A program made the position numbers and the translations under genes. Positions 10,117 to 19,059 of a DNA stretch of 34,026 nucleotides are shown piece by piece. How positions within the stretch are numbered: position 1 is the first letter of the stretch; each line of letters begins with the position of its first letter. The DNA comes from an uncultured Gammaproteobacteria bacterium. Its GTDB lineage: Bacteria > Pseudomonadota > Gammaproteobacteria > UBA9214. Where the stretch lies: the NCBI GenBank assembly GCA_905480065.1, contig CAJQOV010000064.1:1-34026 (forward strand), written 5' to 3'. Under the pieces are notes generated by a model, which saw nothing but the letters and a program-made list of their open reading frames with translations, searched no databases and was not told the DNA's origin.

Positions 10117-10782
10117 TCAGGCTGAAGAGCCGCCCGGGATGACGTACAGGAACACCGCAAAGAAGTGGGCTGCGCTCCCGGCCAGCACGAACAGGTGCCA
10201 GACAGAGTGGTGATATGCCAGTGTCTTCCAGAGATAGAAGATGACACCCAGCGAATAGAGCAGCCCGCCGATCAGCAGCAAGAACATGCCGCCGGGTGCA
10301 ACGCCGGTAATCATTGGCTCGATGGCAATCAGAATCAGCCAGCCGAGACCGAGATACAAAGCAACCGAAATGAACTTGTTACGTTGCCTGACGAGCAGTT
10401 CCATGAGCATGCCTGCGATGGCAACAGACCAGACCAGGCCGAACAGGGTCCAGCCCCAGCTGCCGCGTAGCGTGACCAGTGTAAACGGGGTATAGGTGCC
10501 GGCAATAAGCAGGAATATTGCCGCGTGATCCAGTCTTTGCAGAACCATTTTTAGACCGGGTTTTGTCACGCTGTGATAGAGCGTGGAGGTGGTGTAGAGG
10601 GCAATCAGTGTCAGGCCGTAAATAGTGGAGCTGACGATATGCCAGGCATCACCATATCTGCTCGAGTACGAGATGAGCACCGCGAGACCGATCACACTCA
10701 TCAGCAGGCCAACGCCGTGCGTTACGCCGTGCGCAATCTCTTCCTTGATGCTGTAGCCGTTGGTTGTGGTCCGGGCCTGCAT
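10117..10782 (-). CDS. Hemolysin III / PAQR family membrane protein (TrhA-like)
   Basis: EEIAHGVTHGVG, STLYHS, DHAAIFLLIAGTYTPF, HSVWHLFVLAG...H; about 7 TM segments. Confidence 0.92.
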   Translation of the reverse strand: MQARTTTNGYSIKEEIAHGVTHGVGLLMSVIGLAVLISYSSRYGDAWHIVSSTIYGLTLIALYTTSTLYHSVTKPGLKMVLQRLDHAAIFLLIAGTYTPFTLVTLRGSWGWTLFGLVWSVAIAGMLMELLVRQRNKFISVALYLGLGWLILIAIEPMITGVAPGGMFLLLIGGLLYSLGVIFYLWKTLAYHHSVWHLFVLAGSAAHFFAVFLYVIPGGSSA

Positions 10783-11019
10783 GAATGTAATTGCTGCGAC
10801 TTACCCGTAGCGTCGAACAGAAATATACGCGCCTTCGCATCCAGCGCCTGTGCAGCTGAGCCGGTAGCGGCGGCCAGCGCGATTTGCGCGGCCATTACAG
10901 CCACATCCCCGGTAGTTCGAAGCGGATCCTGATAGTGTGGGGGGTGACGTTCGCCGTGCCGTTGCCGGTGTCGCTCAAGGCTTACCTCGTTGCTGTGCGC
11001 CTGAACTGCTGCACGACCA

Positions 11020-12711
11020 TCAGGGTTCATTTTCCATCACGATGTAGGCGGTCGGGCACTCGTGTGCGCACAGACCGCAACCCTTGCAATAGTCGTAATC
11101 AAACGCGTAGCCGGTGCCGTCACCCTCCGTAGCGCGCGTCTTCAGTACCGCTACATCCGGACACAGTGTCCAGCAATTGTCGCAGGTCATGCAGTTGCCG
11201 CAGGAGAGACAGCGTTGCCCCTCACCGACGACATCGCTCTTGTGCAGGCTGCCGGTAACTTCCGCCTCGGCGCTACGCTGGTCAACCGGTAGTACTGGTG
11301 CAGCCGGGCGCGGGTGATGTTCAAAATAGTTCAGGTTCAGCTGCTGCAGCGTCACCGGTTTGAGTTCGTAGGTTGCCGCATCGGTTTGCCTTTGCAGGTC
11401 ACGCACAATCGACAGGGCAGCCACACGGCCATCACCGATCGCGGCGCTGACCGAGCCGCGGTCACCGCGCGCATCACCGCCCGTGTAAACGCCCGGGTGC
11501 CCGGCGATCCGTCCCTGTGCATCGGCGGACAGGAACGCAGTGTTGCCCAGCAGCGACTCCAGACCTTCGGGATCCACCGTTTGGCCGATGGCCGGTATTA
11601 CCTGGTCTGCATATAACAGCGACTCGGTGCCTTCGAAGGAGACAAAATGTTTTGCGTGTGCGCTGTCGTGTGATTTTTTGCGATGCACCAGTTCCAGGCC
11701 GACCACCCGTTCGCCACGCAACACCAGGCGTTGAACGCCGCGGTGTTCATGGATGATGACGCCTTCTTCCAGCGCCTGTTCGATCTCGCGCGGTATGGCT
11801 GGCATCACATCTTCCTGTACGACGCCCTTGCGTGGCAGAGACTGGTGGGTAATCACGTGTACCTCGCGCACACCGGCATGGCGGATCACGCGCGCCAGGT
11901 CGATGGCTGTGTTGCCGCCACCGACAATGGCCACGCTCGACCACTCGGGTATCGAGCCAATGTCCACCCAGCGTTGCAGCAGGTCCAGTCCGATGTGCAG
12001 ATCCTGTGGCGTCGCGCCGCCGATATCCCAGGGCCGGCTGCGCTGTGTGCCGGGGCCCAGAAATACTGCAGCATATTCCGCCTGCAATTCGGCCAGTGAA
12101 AAGTCGCGTCCCAGGCGTTGTCCAGGCCGGAACTCGATCGCGGTTCCCAGCAGTCGTTCCAGTTCGGCTTCCAGTATCGTGTGCGGCAGGCGGTAGGGCG
12201 GCAGGGCACTGCGTAACAGCCCGCCGGCGACGGGCCGTGATTCATACAGGTGTACCTGGTAACCCTGCTGTGAAAGATGCCATGCCGCCGAGCAGCCGGC
12301 CGGTCCACTGCCGATGACAGCAACCCGGGTCGAGGCGGTTGCTGCGAATGGCGGCGGGTAGGCCCAGCCCTCCCGGATCGCATAATCACCCAGCCAGCGT
12401 TCCACGTGGTGAATGGCGATCGGTTGATCGTACTCGCCACGGTTGCAGGCGGTTTCGCAGGGATGATGACATACCCGTCCGGTCACAGCGGGTAACGGGT
12501 TGGCACGTACGATGCTCTCCCACGCCTCGCGGAAGCGTTCTTCCTCGACCAGCGCCAGCCAGTCCTGCGCATCCTCGCCGGCGGGGCAGACGGCATGACA
12601 CGGTGCCGCACGGTGCTGGTGGACTGGACGCTGTGTGCGCCAGCTGCCGGTGTGGTAGCGCAGCGAGGTACCCGGATGTGCGAATGCACCGCGCGTCAGT
12701 TTTATGCCCAC
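11020..12711 (-). CDS. GltD/DsrL/NfnB-like FAD/NAD(P) Fe-S oxidoreductase fused with a PorD-like 2x[4Fe-4S] module
   Basis: N-terminal PorD-like TGSWRTQRP; APCHAVCP and RVCHHPCETACNR clusters; GSGPAG and GGGNTA Rossmann motifs; C-terminal RCLSCGNCMTCDNCWTLCPD and DYDYCKGCGLCAHECP. GTG start overlaps the porB end. Confidence 0.88.
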   Translation of the reverse strand: MGIKLTRGAFAHPGTSLRYHTGSWRTQRPVHQHRAAPCHAVCPAGEDAQDWLALVEEERFREAWESIVRANPLPAVTGRVCHHPCETACNRGEYDQPIAIHHVERWLGDYAIREGWAYPPPFAATASTRVAVIGSGPAGCSAAWHLSQQGYQVHLYESRPVAGGLLRSALPPYRLPHTILEAELERLLGTAIEFRPGQRLGRDFSLAELQAEYAAVFLGPGTQRSRPWDIGGATPQDLHIGLDLLQRWVDIGSIPEWSSVAIVGGGNTAIDLARVIRHAGVREVHVITHQSLPRKGVVQEDVMPAIPREIEQALEEGVIIHEHRGVQRLVLRGERVVGLELVHRKKSHDSAHAKHFVSFEGTESLLYADQVIPAIGQTVDPEGLESLLGNTAFLSADAQGRIAGHPGVYTGGDARGDRGSVSAAIGDGRVAALSIVRDLQRQTDAATYELKPVTLQQLNLNYFEHHPRPAAPVLPVDQRSAEAEVTGSLHKSDVVGEGQRCLSCGNCMTCDNCWTLCPDVAVLKTRATEGDGTGYAFDYDYCKGCGLCAHECPTAYIVMENEP

Positions 12712-13718
12712 CGGATCCCTCCGCGGCTAACGGTGTCGGCACCTTCGCTGTCGCGACTGTCCGGGCGGGTGCCTTGCAACTGGTAGCTTTCGATATTGTG
12801 GTCCGCGAGCGCCTGCAGGTGCTCCAGCTCTTCGCGGGCTCGCTCGTCATCGGCAAACAGGTGTCGGAAGCGTTGCTGTAGCGCCAGGTAGTCCGTCACC
12901 GGACGCAGCTGGCGGATCGGCATGACGCCGGCCAGTCCGCCACGCTCCAGCTCGATGATCGGGAACAGGCCGGTCTGTACCGCCAGCCGCGCAACCTCGA
13001 TGCTGAGTGAGCCATCGTGACCCCAGCCCAGCGGGCAGGGCGTGTGTATGTGCAGGAAAGTGGGCCCGTCGATAGCCAGTGCACGCCGCACCTTCTTGCG
13101 GATGTCGGACGGGTAGGCCACCGAGGCTGTTGCGGCGTAGGGGATATGGTGTGCCGCGACAATCGAGACAATGTCTTTCTTCAGGTGCCGTTTACCCATG
13201 CGCATCTTGCCGGAGGGCGAGGTCGTGGTGGCGGCCGCGTGCGGCGTAGAGCCGGAACGCTGGATGCCGGTATTCATGTACGCCTCGTTATCGAAGCACA
13301 CGTACAGGACATTGTGTCCGCGTTCCAGCATGCCGGACAGTGCCTGGAAACCGATGTCGAAAGTGCCGCCATCACCGCCCATGGCGATCACGCGCGTGGC
13401 CTTGCCCTGGCGCTTCAGTGCGGCCTCCATGCCGGCGGCAACGGCAGCCGCGTTCTCGAACAGCGAGTGCATCCACGCCACGCGCCAGGCGGATTCCGGC
13501 CAGGCCGTGGTGAATACTTCAAGGCAGCCGGTGGCATTGGCATACATCACGTCCGGTCCGGCGGCCTCGGTCACCAGTCGTGCACCCAGTGCCTCGCCGC
13601 AGCCAAGGCAGGCACGGTGTCCGGATTCGAGTCCGGAGAAGCGCGGCTGGTGCTTGCGTAAATCGCGCGTGTTAACTGTATCCGGCAGATCTTCCATGTC
13701 GTGCTCCTGTTTGCTCAT
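12702..13718 (-). CDS. porB: Pyruvate/2-oxoacid:ferredoxin oxidoreductase beta subunit (TPP-binding)
   Basis: GHRACLGCGE, ATGCLEV, GGDGGTFDIG, DNEAYMNTGIQRS, PCPLGW. Confidence 0.92.
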   Translation of the reverse strand: MSKQEHDMEDLPDTVNTRDLRKHQPRFSGLESGHRACLGCGEALGARLVTEAAGPDVMYANATGCLEVFTTAWPESAWRVAWMHSLFENAAAVAAGMEAALKRQGKATRVIAMGGDGGTFDIGFQALSGMLERGHNVLYVCFDNEAYMNTGIQRSGSTPHAAATTTSPSGKMRMGKRHLKKDIVSIVAAHHIPYAATASVAYPSDIRKKVRRALAIDGPTFLHIHTPCPLGWGHDGSLSIEVARLAVQTGLFPIIELERGGLAGVMPIRQLRPVTDYLALQQRFRHLFADDERAREELEHLQALADHNIESYQLQGTRPDSRDSEGADTVSRGGIRWA

Positions 13719-14884
13719 GCGCTGGCCGGCAGTCGATCCGGCTCCAGGTCGATGATCGCGTACGGCAGCCCGTCGCCGTTACGCAGCGCCGTGTGCAGGC
13801 GCGGATAGATGCTGAGTGGTATGTCACGCCCACCGAGGCCGACGCTGAAATTGTGTACCCGCGGCGCGGATTCCATGCCGCTGAATGCCGCACGTACCTC
13901 GTTGCCGACGATGCCGCCGCTCCCCGGCGACAGCGCGCGTTCCAGAACCACCAGGTCGGTAAGTCCGCGGCAGGCCTGTTGCAGTGCGGCGATCGGAAAC
14001 GGCCGGAAACAGCGCAGCGTGATGAGGCAGGTGGCCGGTTCGTCGGGATATTGCTCCATGGCGGCCTCGAGCGTGCCGGCCACCGAGCCCAGCGTCAGGA
14101 TGCCGATGCGGGCATCGTCCGGACCGCTGCGCTGCAGCAGGGGATACTGGGGACGGCCGCTGATGGATTGCCACGAGTGGGCGGCCTGTTCGATTACGTC
14201 CATGGATTCAACCAGGGCTGTGTGGTGACTGTAGCGCGCCTCGGTGTAGAAGTCGGGTGAAACCAGCGTGCCGATGCTAATCGGGTTGTTCGGGTCGAGT
14301 CGGCGCTCGAAGCGGAATGGCGGTAGCATGTTGTCGACCTGTTGCTGTGTCGGCAGATCGATGACCTCCAGGGTATGCGTCAATGTGAAGCCGTCCACGC
14401 AGACCATTACCGGCAGCTCGCATAGTTCCGAGATGCGGTAGGCCTGGATGGTGGTGTCCACCGCTTCCTGGTTATTGGCACAGTACAGCTGAATCCAGCC
14501 GGCATCGCGTACCGCCATCGAGTCCTGCTGGTCGTTCCAGATCGAGAGTGGGCCCGATAGCGCACGATTGGCGCAGGTCAGCACCATCGGGATGCGCAGG
14601 CCGGCGATATTGAACAGCACTTCCGCCATTAGCAGGATGCCCTGTGAAGAACTGGCAGTGTAGGCGCGTGAGCCGGCAGCTACCGCACCCAGCACCACCG
14701 ATGCGGCGGAAAATTCGCTCTCCACGCTGACCAGTTCACAATCCAGCACGCCGTCGGCAACCAGTTTCGACAGGTTCTCCACGATGTGGGTCTGTGGCGT
14801 GATGGGGTAGGCCGCAATCACCTGTGGCCGGCACAGCGCCACGGTGCGTGCCAGTGCCTGTGATCCTTCAAGCGCGTGTAACAA
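13715..14884 (-). CDS. porA: Pyruvate/2-oxoacid:ferredoxin oxidoreductase alpha subunit
   Basis: AAYPITPQTHIVE, VESEFSA, TASSSQG, NRALSGP, GLGGRD. Likely TTG start at 14884 after AGGAGG. Confidence 0.92.
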   Translation of the reverse strand: MLHALEGSQALARTVALCRPQVIAAYPITPQTHIVENLSKLVADGVLDCELVSVESEFSAASVVLGAVAAGSRAYTASSSQGILLMAEVLFNIAGLRIPMVLTCANRALSGPLSIWNDQQDSMAVRDAGWIQLYCANNQEAVDTTIQAYRISELCELPVMVCVDGFTLTHTLEVIDLPTQQQVDNMLPPFRFERRLDPNNPISIGTLVSPDFYTEARYSHHTALVESMDVIEQAAHSWQSISGRPQYPLLQRSGPDDARIGILTLGSVAGTLEAAMEQYPDEPATCLITLRCFRPFPIAALQQACRGLTDLVVLERALSPGSGGIVGNEVRAAFSGMESAPRVHNFSVGLGGRDIPLSIYPRLHTALRNGDGLPYAIIDLEPDRLPASA

Positions 14885-15443
14885 GGGGTTCCTCCTGCCA
14901 TGCGCCGGCATTTACCCGTGCCGCCGCCTGTTCAATCAACCTGGTGTTGCGTTCCAGCACATCGCCGTGAAACCGTCCGGCCAGTGCGTTGATCAGCGCT
15001 GTTTGCGGCAACAGTCCGGTCAAGGCCAGGAACGCAGACAGTAACGCGGTATTCGGCACCGGCCTGCCGAGAATATCGATAGCCAGCCGGGTCGCCGGCA
15101 AGGCGACCACCGTGCAGCCGAGTTGCTCGCCCAGCCGGGTCTCATCGCGCGTGGAATTGACCAGGATGGCGCCGCCACTCTGCAGTCCGGCGCTGATATC
15201 CGGCAGCTGCAGCAGGTTATCATCTTGCACGATCAGGTAGGCGGGGTGGAGTACCTGGCAGCGGCGCCGGATCGGACGATCGGCGATGCGGACAAACGCG
15301 GTAACCGGAGCGCCGCGCCGTTCGGCGCCGAAATTCGGGAACGCCTGTACATGACGGCCAACCTCGAAGGCTGCCGTCGCGAGCAGGTAAGCTGCGACCA
15401 CGTTGCCCTGGCCGCCGCGACCGTGAATGCGGATTTCTATCAT
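14868..15443 (-). CDS. porG: Pyruvate/2-oxoacid:acceptor oxidoreductase gamma subunit
   Basis: MIEIRIHGRGGQG, FPNFGAERRGAPVTAFVR, LGRPVPNT. Confidence 0.92.
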   Translation of the reverse strand: MIEIRIHGRGGQGNVVAAYLLATAAFEVGRHVQAFPNFGAERRGAPVTAFVRIADRPIRRRCQVLHPAYLIVQDDNLLQLPDISAGLQSGGAILVNSTRDETRLGEQLGCTVVALPATRLAIDILGRPVPNTALLSAFLALTGLLPQTALINALAGRFHGDVLERNTRLIEQAAARVNAGAWQEEPLVTRA

Positions 15444-15658
15444 TGGTCGTTTCGCTGTGTATCTGGCAATTACTGGTTGGATAGTAGCGTAAATCGCAAG
15501 TGTATTGTTGCTCCTGCTTGCTCCCGCTCACTGCGTGAGTAGGCTGGGGTATGGGTGACGACAGTTCCTGCTCCCGGACAAATGAAAGCATCGTGATAAT
15601 ACTGCGGACAGGACCAGTTGTTAACCTGAGGTAAGTAGCCGGGCCGGTTCGCATTTGC

Positions 15659-18082
15659 CTAGTTTGTAATGGCCGGCTCGCGCATTCTTTCCTGTTCGAT
15701 CTCCAGTACCACCCTGGTCATCTTCAGCACGCTGTCGGGGTTGAGCGAAATCGACTCGATGCCCTGTTCCACCAGCCAGCGGGTAATCTCCGGAAAATCC
15801 GAGGGCGCCTGTCCGCAGATGCCGACATACTTGCCCTGTTTGCGGCATGCCTTGATCGCCATTTCCATCAGTGCGAGTACGGCCGGGTCGCGTTCATCAT
15901 AGTCGCTCAGGATGCCGGAATCGCGGTCCACGCCAAGGGTCAGCTGGGTCAGGTCATTGGAGCCGATCGAAAAGCCGTCGCATAGCTCAAGAAACTGGCG
16001 CGCCATCACGACGTTTGCAGGTATCTCGCACATTAGCTTGATTTTCAGACCGTTTTCTCCGCGCCGCAGGCCCTCCCTTGCCATCAGCGTCAGTACCCGT
16101 TGCACCTCCTCCACGGTGCGGGCAAACGGAATCATCAACTCGAGGTTGTCCAGTCCCATGTCGTTGCGCACCCTGCACATGGCGGCGCACTCCAGTGCGA
16201 AACACTCGGCAAAGGCGGTGGAGTAATAGCGCGATGCGCCCCGGAAGCCGAGCATCGGGTTTTCCTCGATCGGTTCAAACTCGCGGCCGCCGAGCAAGGC
16301 GGCGTATTCATTGGATTTGAAATCGCTCATGCGGACGGTAACCGGTTTCGGATAGAACGCGGCGGCAATCGTGCCGACACCCTCGGCGAGTCGCTCGATA
16401 TAGAAATCACGCGGACTGGCGTAGCCGGCCATGCGTGTGTCGATCCCGGCACGCACGTCCTCCGCCAGCGCATCGTATTCAAGCAATGCACGCGGGTGGA
16501 TGCCAATGCTGTTGTTGATGATAAATTCGAGCCGCGCCAGGCCAACGCCATCATTCGGCAGGGCGGAGAATTCCAGTGCCTGCGCCGGGTTGCCGACGAT
16601 CAGCATGATGCTGGTCTGCGGACGTTCCAGTCCCTTCAGGTTGACCCGTTGGCTGCTGTACGGCAACGTGCCTTCATAAACAAAGCCGGTATCGCCCTCC
16701 ACGCACGAAACGGTGACTTGCTGGTCATCCTTGATGGTCTGGGTAGCGTCACCGGCGCCGACCACGGCCGGGATACCCAGTTCGCGCGCCACGATCGCGG
16801 CGTGACACACACGTCCGCCGCGATTGGTGACAATGGCGCTGGCAATCTTCATCACCGGCTCCCAGTCCGGGTCGGTGATATCGGTAACCAGCACCTCGCC
16901 GGGTTGCAGATCATGCATGTGTGCGGCCTCGAGGATGATGCGGGCCTTGCCCGCGCCGACCTTCGCACCCACTGCCTTGCCCCGTGCCAGCACTGTGCCG
17001 CGTTGACCGAGCGTGAAGATTTCCTGAAAGGCGTCGGTGCGAATCGAATGCACGGTTTCCGGCCGCGCCTGCACAATGAACAGCTCGCCGCTTTCCCCGT
17101 CCCTGGCCCATTCAATATCCATCGGGCGCAGCTTGCCGGCCTTGTCAGAGTAATGTTTCTCGATTGCCACGGCGTAGCGGGCCAGTTGCAGTATCTCGTC
17201 ATCGCTGATCGCAAAGCGCTGCCGTTCAGCCTCGCGGACCGGCACATTGCGCGTGGCTGCGGCCGTAACCGGATCCTTGCTGTAGATCATCTTGATGGCC
17301 TTCTCGCCGAGCTGCCGGCGAATGATCGGGCGGAAGCCGGTTTGCAGCGTACGCTTGTAGACCAGAAATTCGTCCGGGTTGACGGTGCCCTGCACGACGT
17401 TCTCCCCGAGCCCGTACGCCGCCGTGATCATCACCACGTCGCGGAAGCCGCTCTCGGTGTCCAGTGTGAACATGACCCCGGAGGCGCCGAGGTCGGAACG
17501 GACCATCTTCTGTACCCCGATCGACAGCGCAATGCTCATGTGATCGAAGCCCTTGTCGACGCGGTAGTGTATGGCGCGATCGGTAAACAGGGAGGCCAGT
17601 ACCCGCCTGCAGGTGCGCAACAGCTGTTCGACGCCGCGGATATTCAGATAGGTTTCCTGCTGGCCCGCGAAAGATGCATCCGGCAGGTCTTCGGCGGTGG
17701 CAGAGCTGCGCACCGCGACGTCAGGCTCACTGCCGTATTCCTTTGCCAGTTCCAGATAGGCGTCACCGATTTCCTCCGCCAGTTGCGGGGGAAGTTCGCC
17801 ATCCACCATCCAGCCGCGGATCCGGGCGCCGGTACTGGCCAGCGCGGCAACATCGTCAACATCGAGCGCTGCCAGCGCAGAGGCGATACGTTCTTCCAGG
17901 TGGTTGTAGGTCAGGTAGTCGCGGTAGGCCTGTGCGGACGTGGCAAAGCCGTTTGGCACCTTGACACCCTGGCTGGAGAGCGAGCGGTACATCTCACCCA
18001 GGGACGCATTCTTGCCACCTACCTTTGGGATATCGCCGATGCCGAGTTCGCAAAAACGACGAATAAAGGTAAATGACCGCAT
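15659..18082 (-). CDS. ppsA: Phosphoenolpyruvate synthase
   Basis: VGGKNASLGEM, VAVRSSATAEDLPDASFAGQQET, QARPETV, CHAAIVARELG (phospho-His), EENPMLGFRGASRY, FSIGSNDLTQ, ICGQAPSD. Confidence 0.97.
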   Translation of the reverse strand: MRSFTFIRRFCELGIGDIPKVGGKNASLGEMYRSLSSQGVKVPNGFATSAQAYRDYLTYNHLEERIASALAALDVDDVAALASTGARIRGWMVDGELPPQLAEEIGDAYLELAKEYGSEPDVAVRSSATAEDLPDASFAGQQETYLNIRGVEQLLRTCRRVLASLFTDRAIHYRVDKGFDHMSIALSIGVQKMVRSDLGASGVMFTLDTESGFRDVVMITAAYGLGENVVQGTVNPDEFLVYKRTLQTGFRPIIRRQLGEKAIKMIYSKDPVTAAATRNVPVREAERQRFAISDDEILQLARYAVAIEKHYSDKAGKLRPMDIEWARDGESGELFIVQARPETVHSIRTDAFQEIFTLGQRGTVLARGKAVGAKVGAGKARIILEAAHMHDLQPGEVLVTDITDPDWEPVMKIASAIVTNRGGRVCHAAIVARELGIPAVVGAGDATQTIKDDQQVTVSCVEGDTGFVYEGTLPYSSQRVNLKGLERPQTSIMLIVGNPAQALEFSALPNDGVGLARLEFIINNSIGIHPRALLEYDALAEDVRAGIDTRMAGYASPRDFYIERLAEGVGTIAAAFYPKPVTVRMSDFKSNEYAALLGGREFEPIEENPMLGFRGASRYYSTAFAECFALECAAMCRVRNDMGLDNLELMIPFARTVEEVQRVLTLMAREGLRRGENGLKIKLMCEIPANVVMARQFLELCDGFSIGSNDLTQLTLGVDRDSGILSDYDERDPAVLALMEMAIKACRKQGKYVGICGQAPSDFPEITRWLVEQGIESISLNPDSVLKMTRVVLEIEQERMREPAITN

Positions 18083-18172
18083 CAGGTGTGCCTCTGTGAT
18101 CGTTATGCAGGATGTGGCATTTCGCCCATCGAATTACTCCATCCTGTTTGCCATATGCAGTGGCATAGCATA

Positions 18173-18186
18173 TTGACGTCCATCAA
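18173..18186. promoter_or_regulatory. FNR/ANR-type binding site upstream of the ppsA-por operon
   Basis: TTGAC-GTCC-ATCAA, about 90 nt upstream of the ppsA start; 13/14 identical to the box at 8501-8514. Confidence 0.68.
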
Positions 18187-18394
18187 TTAATCAGGAATTG
18201 GTCCGGCAGTTTGCAAGGCACGCATATATGCCAAGCATAGTTTGTGCGCGGCTTGTGCGTAACAGACTGCGGTGCCTGACCGGATAATTTATTGTCAGGA
18301 GCGAGAAAACTGAACAAACCATCAGGCTACTGCCAGCTTGCGGCAATAGCCGGCCGACTGCACAAAACAGTCATTTTGTAACAGGGGGTGGTAA

Positions 18395-18694
18395 TTGCAA
18401 CCGGGAATGATTGGTCCGGGGCATCAGGCAGCCAGTATGGTGCAGCGAATGATGGGTGCCGGTCACGCTTGCGTGGTGTTCGATCAAAACCCGGCTGCAG
18501 CGCAGGACCTGGCGGGCAAGGGAGCCAGAGGTTATAGCGGACTTGACGAATTTACCGCTGCTCCCGACAAGCCGCGGGTGCTGGATCTGGCGGCAGAGGC
18601 GGGGTCGTCTGATTCCTGGCCCGGTTATCGCCGGCACCATCCGGGTACGCCAGCAGGGTACATGTTCCCGTTACCAGCAAGACCGGTTTCTTGA
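18395..18694 (+). pseudogene. gnd: Degenerate N-terminal remnant of decarboxylating 6-phosphogluconate dehydrogenase
   Basis: MQPGMIGPGHQAASMVQRMMGAGHACVVFDQNP...SGLDEF...KPRV follows the Gnd N-terminus pattern (MQLGMIGLGRMGxNMVRRL..GHxCVVFD...KPR). The GxGxxG motif is broken and similarity ends after about 70 codons. Confidence 0.75.
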
Positions 18695-18695
18695 T

Positions 18696-19040
18696 TCAGC
18701 CAACCAGGATTTTCAGTCGATCCATCGATTCGGGCGAGATGTCGATTATGTAGAACCCGGTCCAGAACCAGGTCTGATCGCTGTTTGAATGAGACCACAG
18801 GCTTTCTACGCCGAGTTCGATGGTTTCCGGTGCGGTCGGATCGCCGCAAACCAGCCTCAGCTGAAAGACACTGTTTTCCTCGATGGGGGTCATGCCCGTC
18901 ACCATGATGCCCTGCTCGTTGTAATTGACCAGCCGGCCCAGGTCACGACCGGTGTGCTGGTCACTAACGTGTACGTCGCACGTCACCTCGATCCGTTCCC
19001 GGCTGCGCATGTCCTGAAAAGCTGCTTCTAGATCGCTCAT
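18696..19040 (-). CDS. Single-domain PilZ protein
   Basis: RxxxR (RSRER), LGRLVNYNEQG (variant of D/NxSxxG), beta-rich body with SLWS...WTGF. Start MSDLEA at 19040. Confidence 0.8.
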   Translation of the reverse strand: MSDLEAAFQDMRSRERIEVTCDVHVSDQHTGRDLGRLVNYNEQGIMVTGMTPIEENSVFQLRLVCGDPTAPETIELGVESLWSHSNSDQTWFWTGFYIIDISPESMDRLKILVG

Positions 19041-19059
19041 TTGTATGTACTCCGGATTT

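Noticed and set aside
10722-11030. 102-aa ORF between the por fusion and the hemolysin III gene
   Set aside because: Overlaps both neighbours and has no motif.
11020-12711. Calling this gene dsrL or gltD
   Set aside because: No dsr genes or gltB nearby; its position and terminal motifs point to a PorD role.
16100-18076. 658-aa + strand ORF
   Set aside because: Antisense shadow of ppsA.
18217-18231. Sigma-54-like GGCACG...TGC (a similar one at 23146-23160 on the minus strand)
   Set aside because: Spacing is GG-N11-GC; sigma-54 requires N10.
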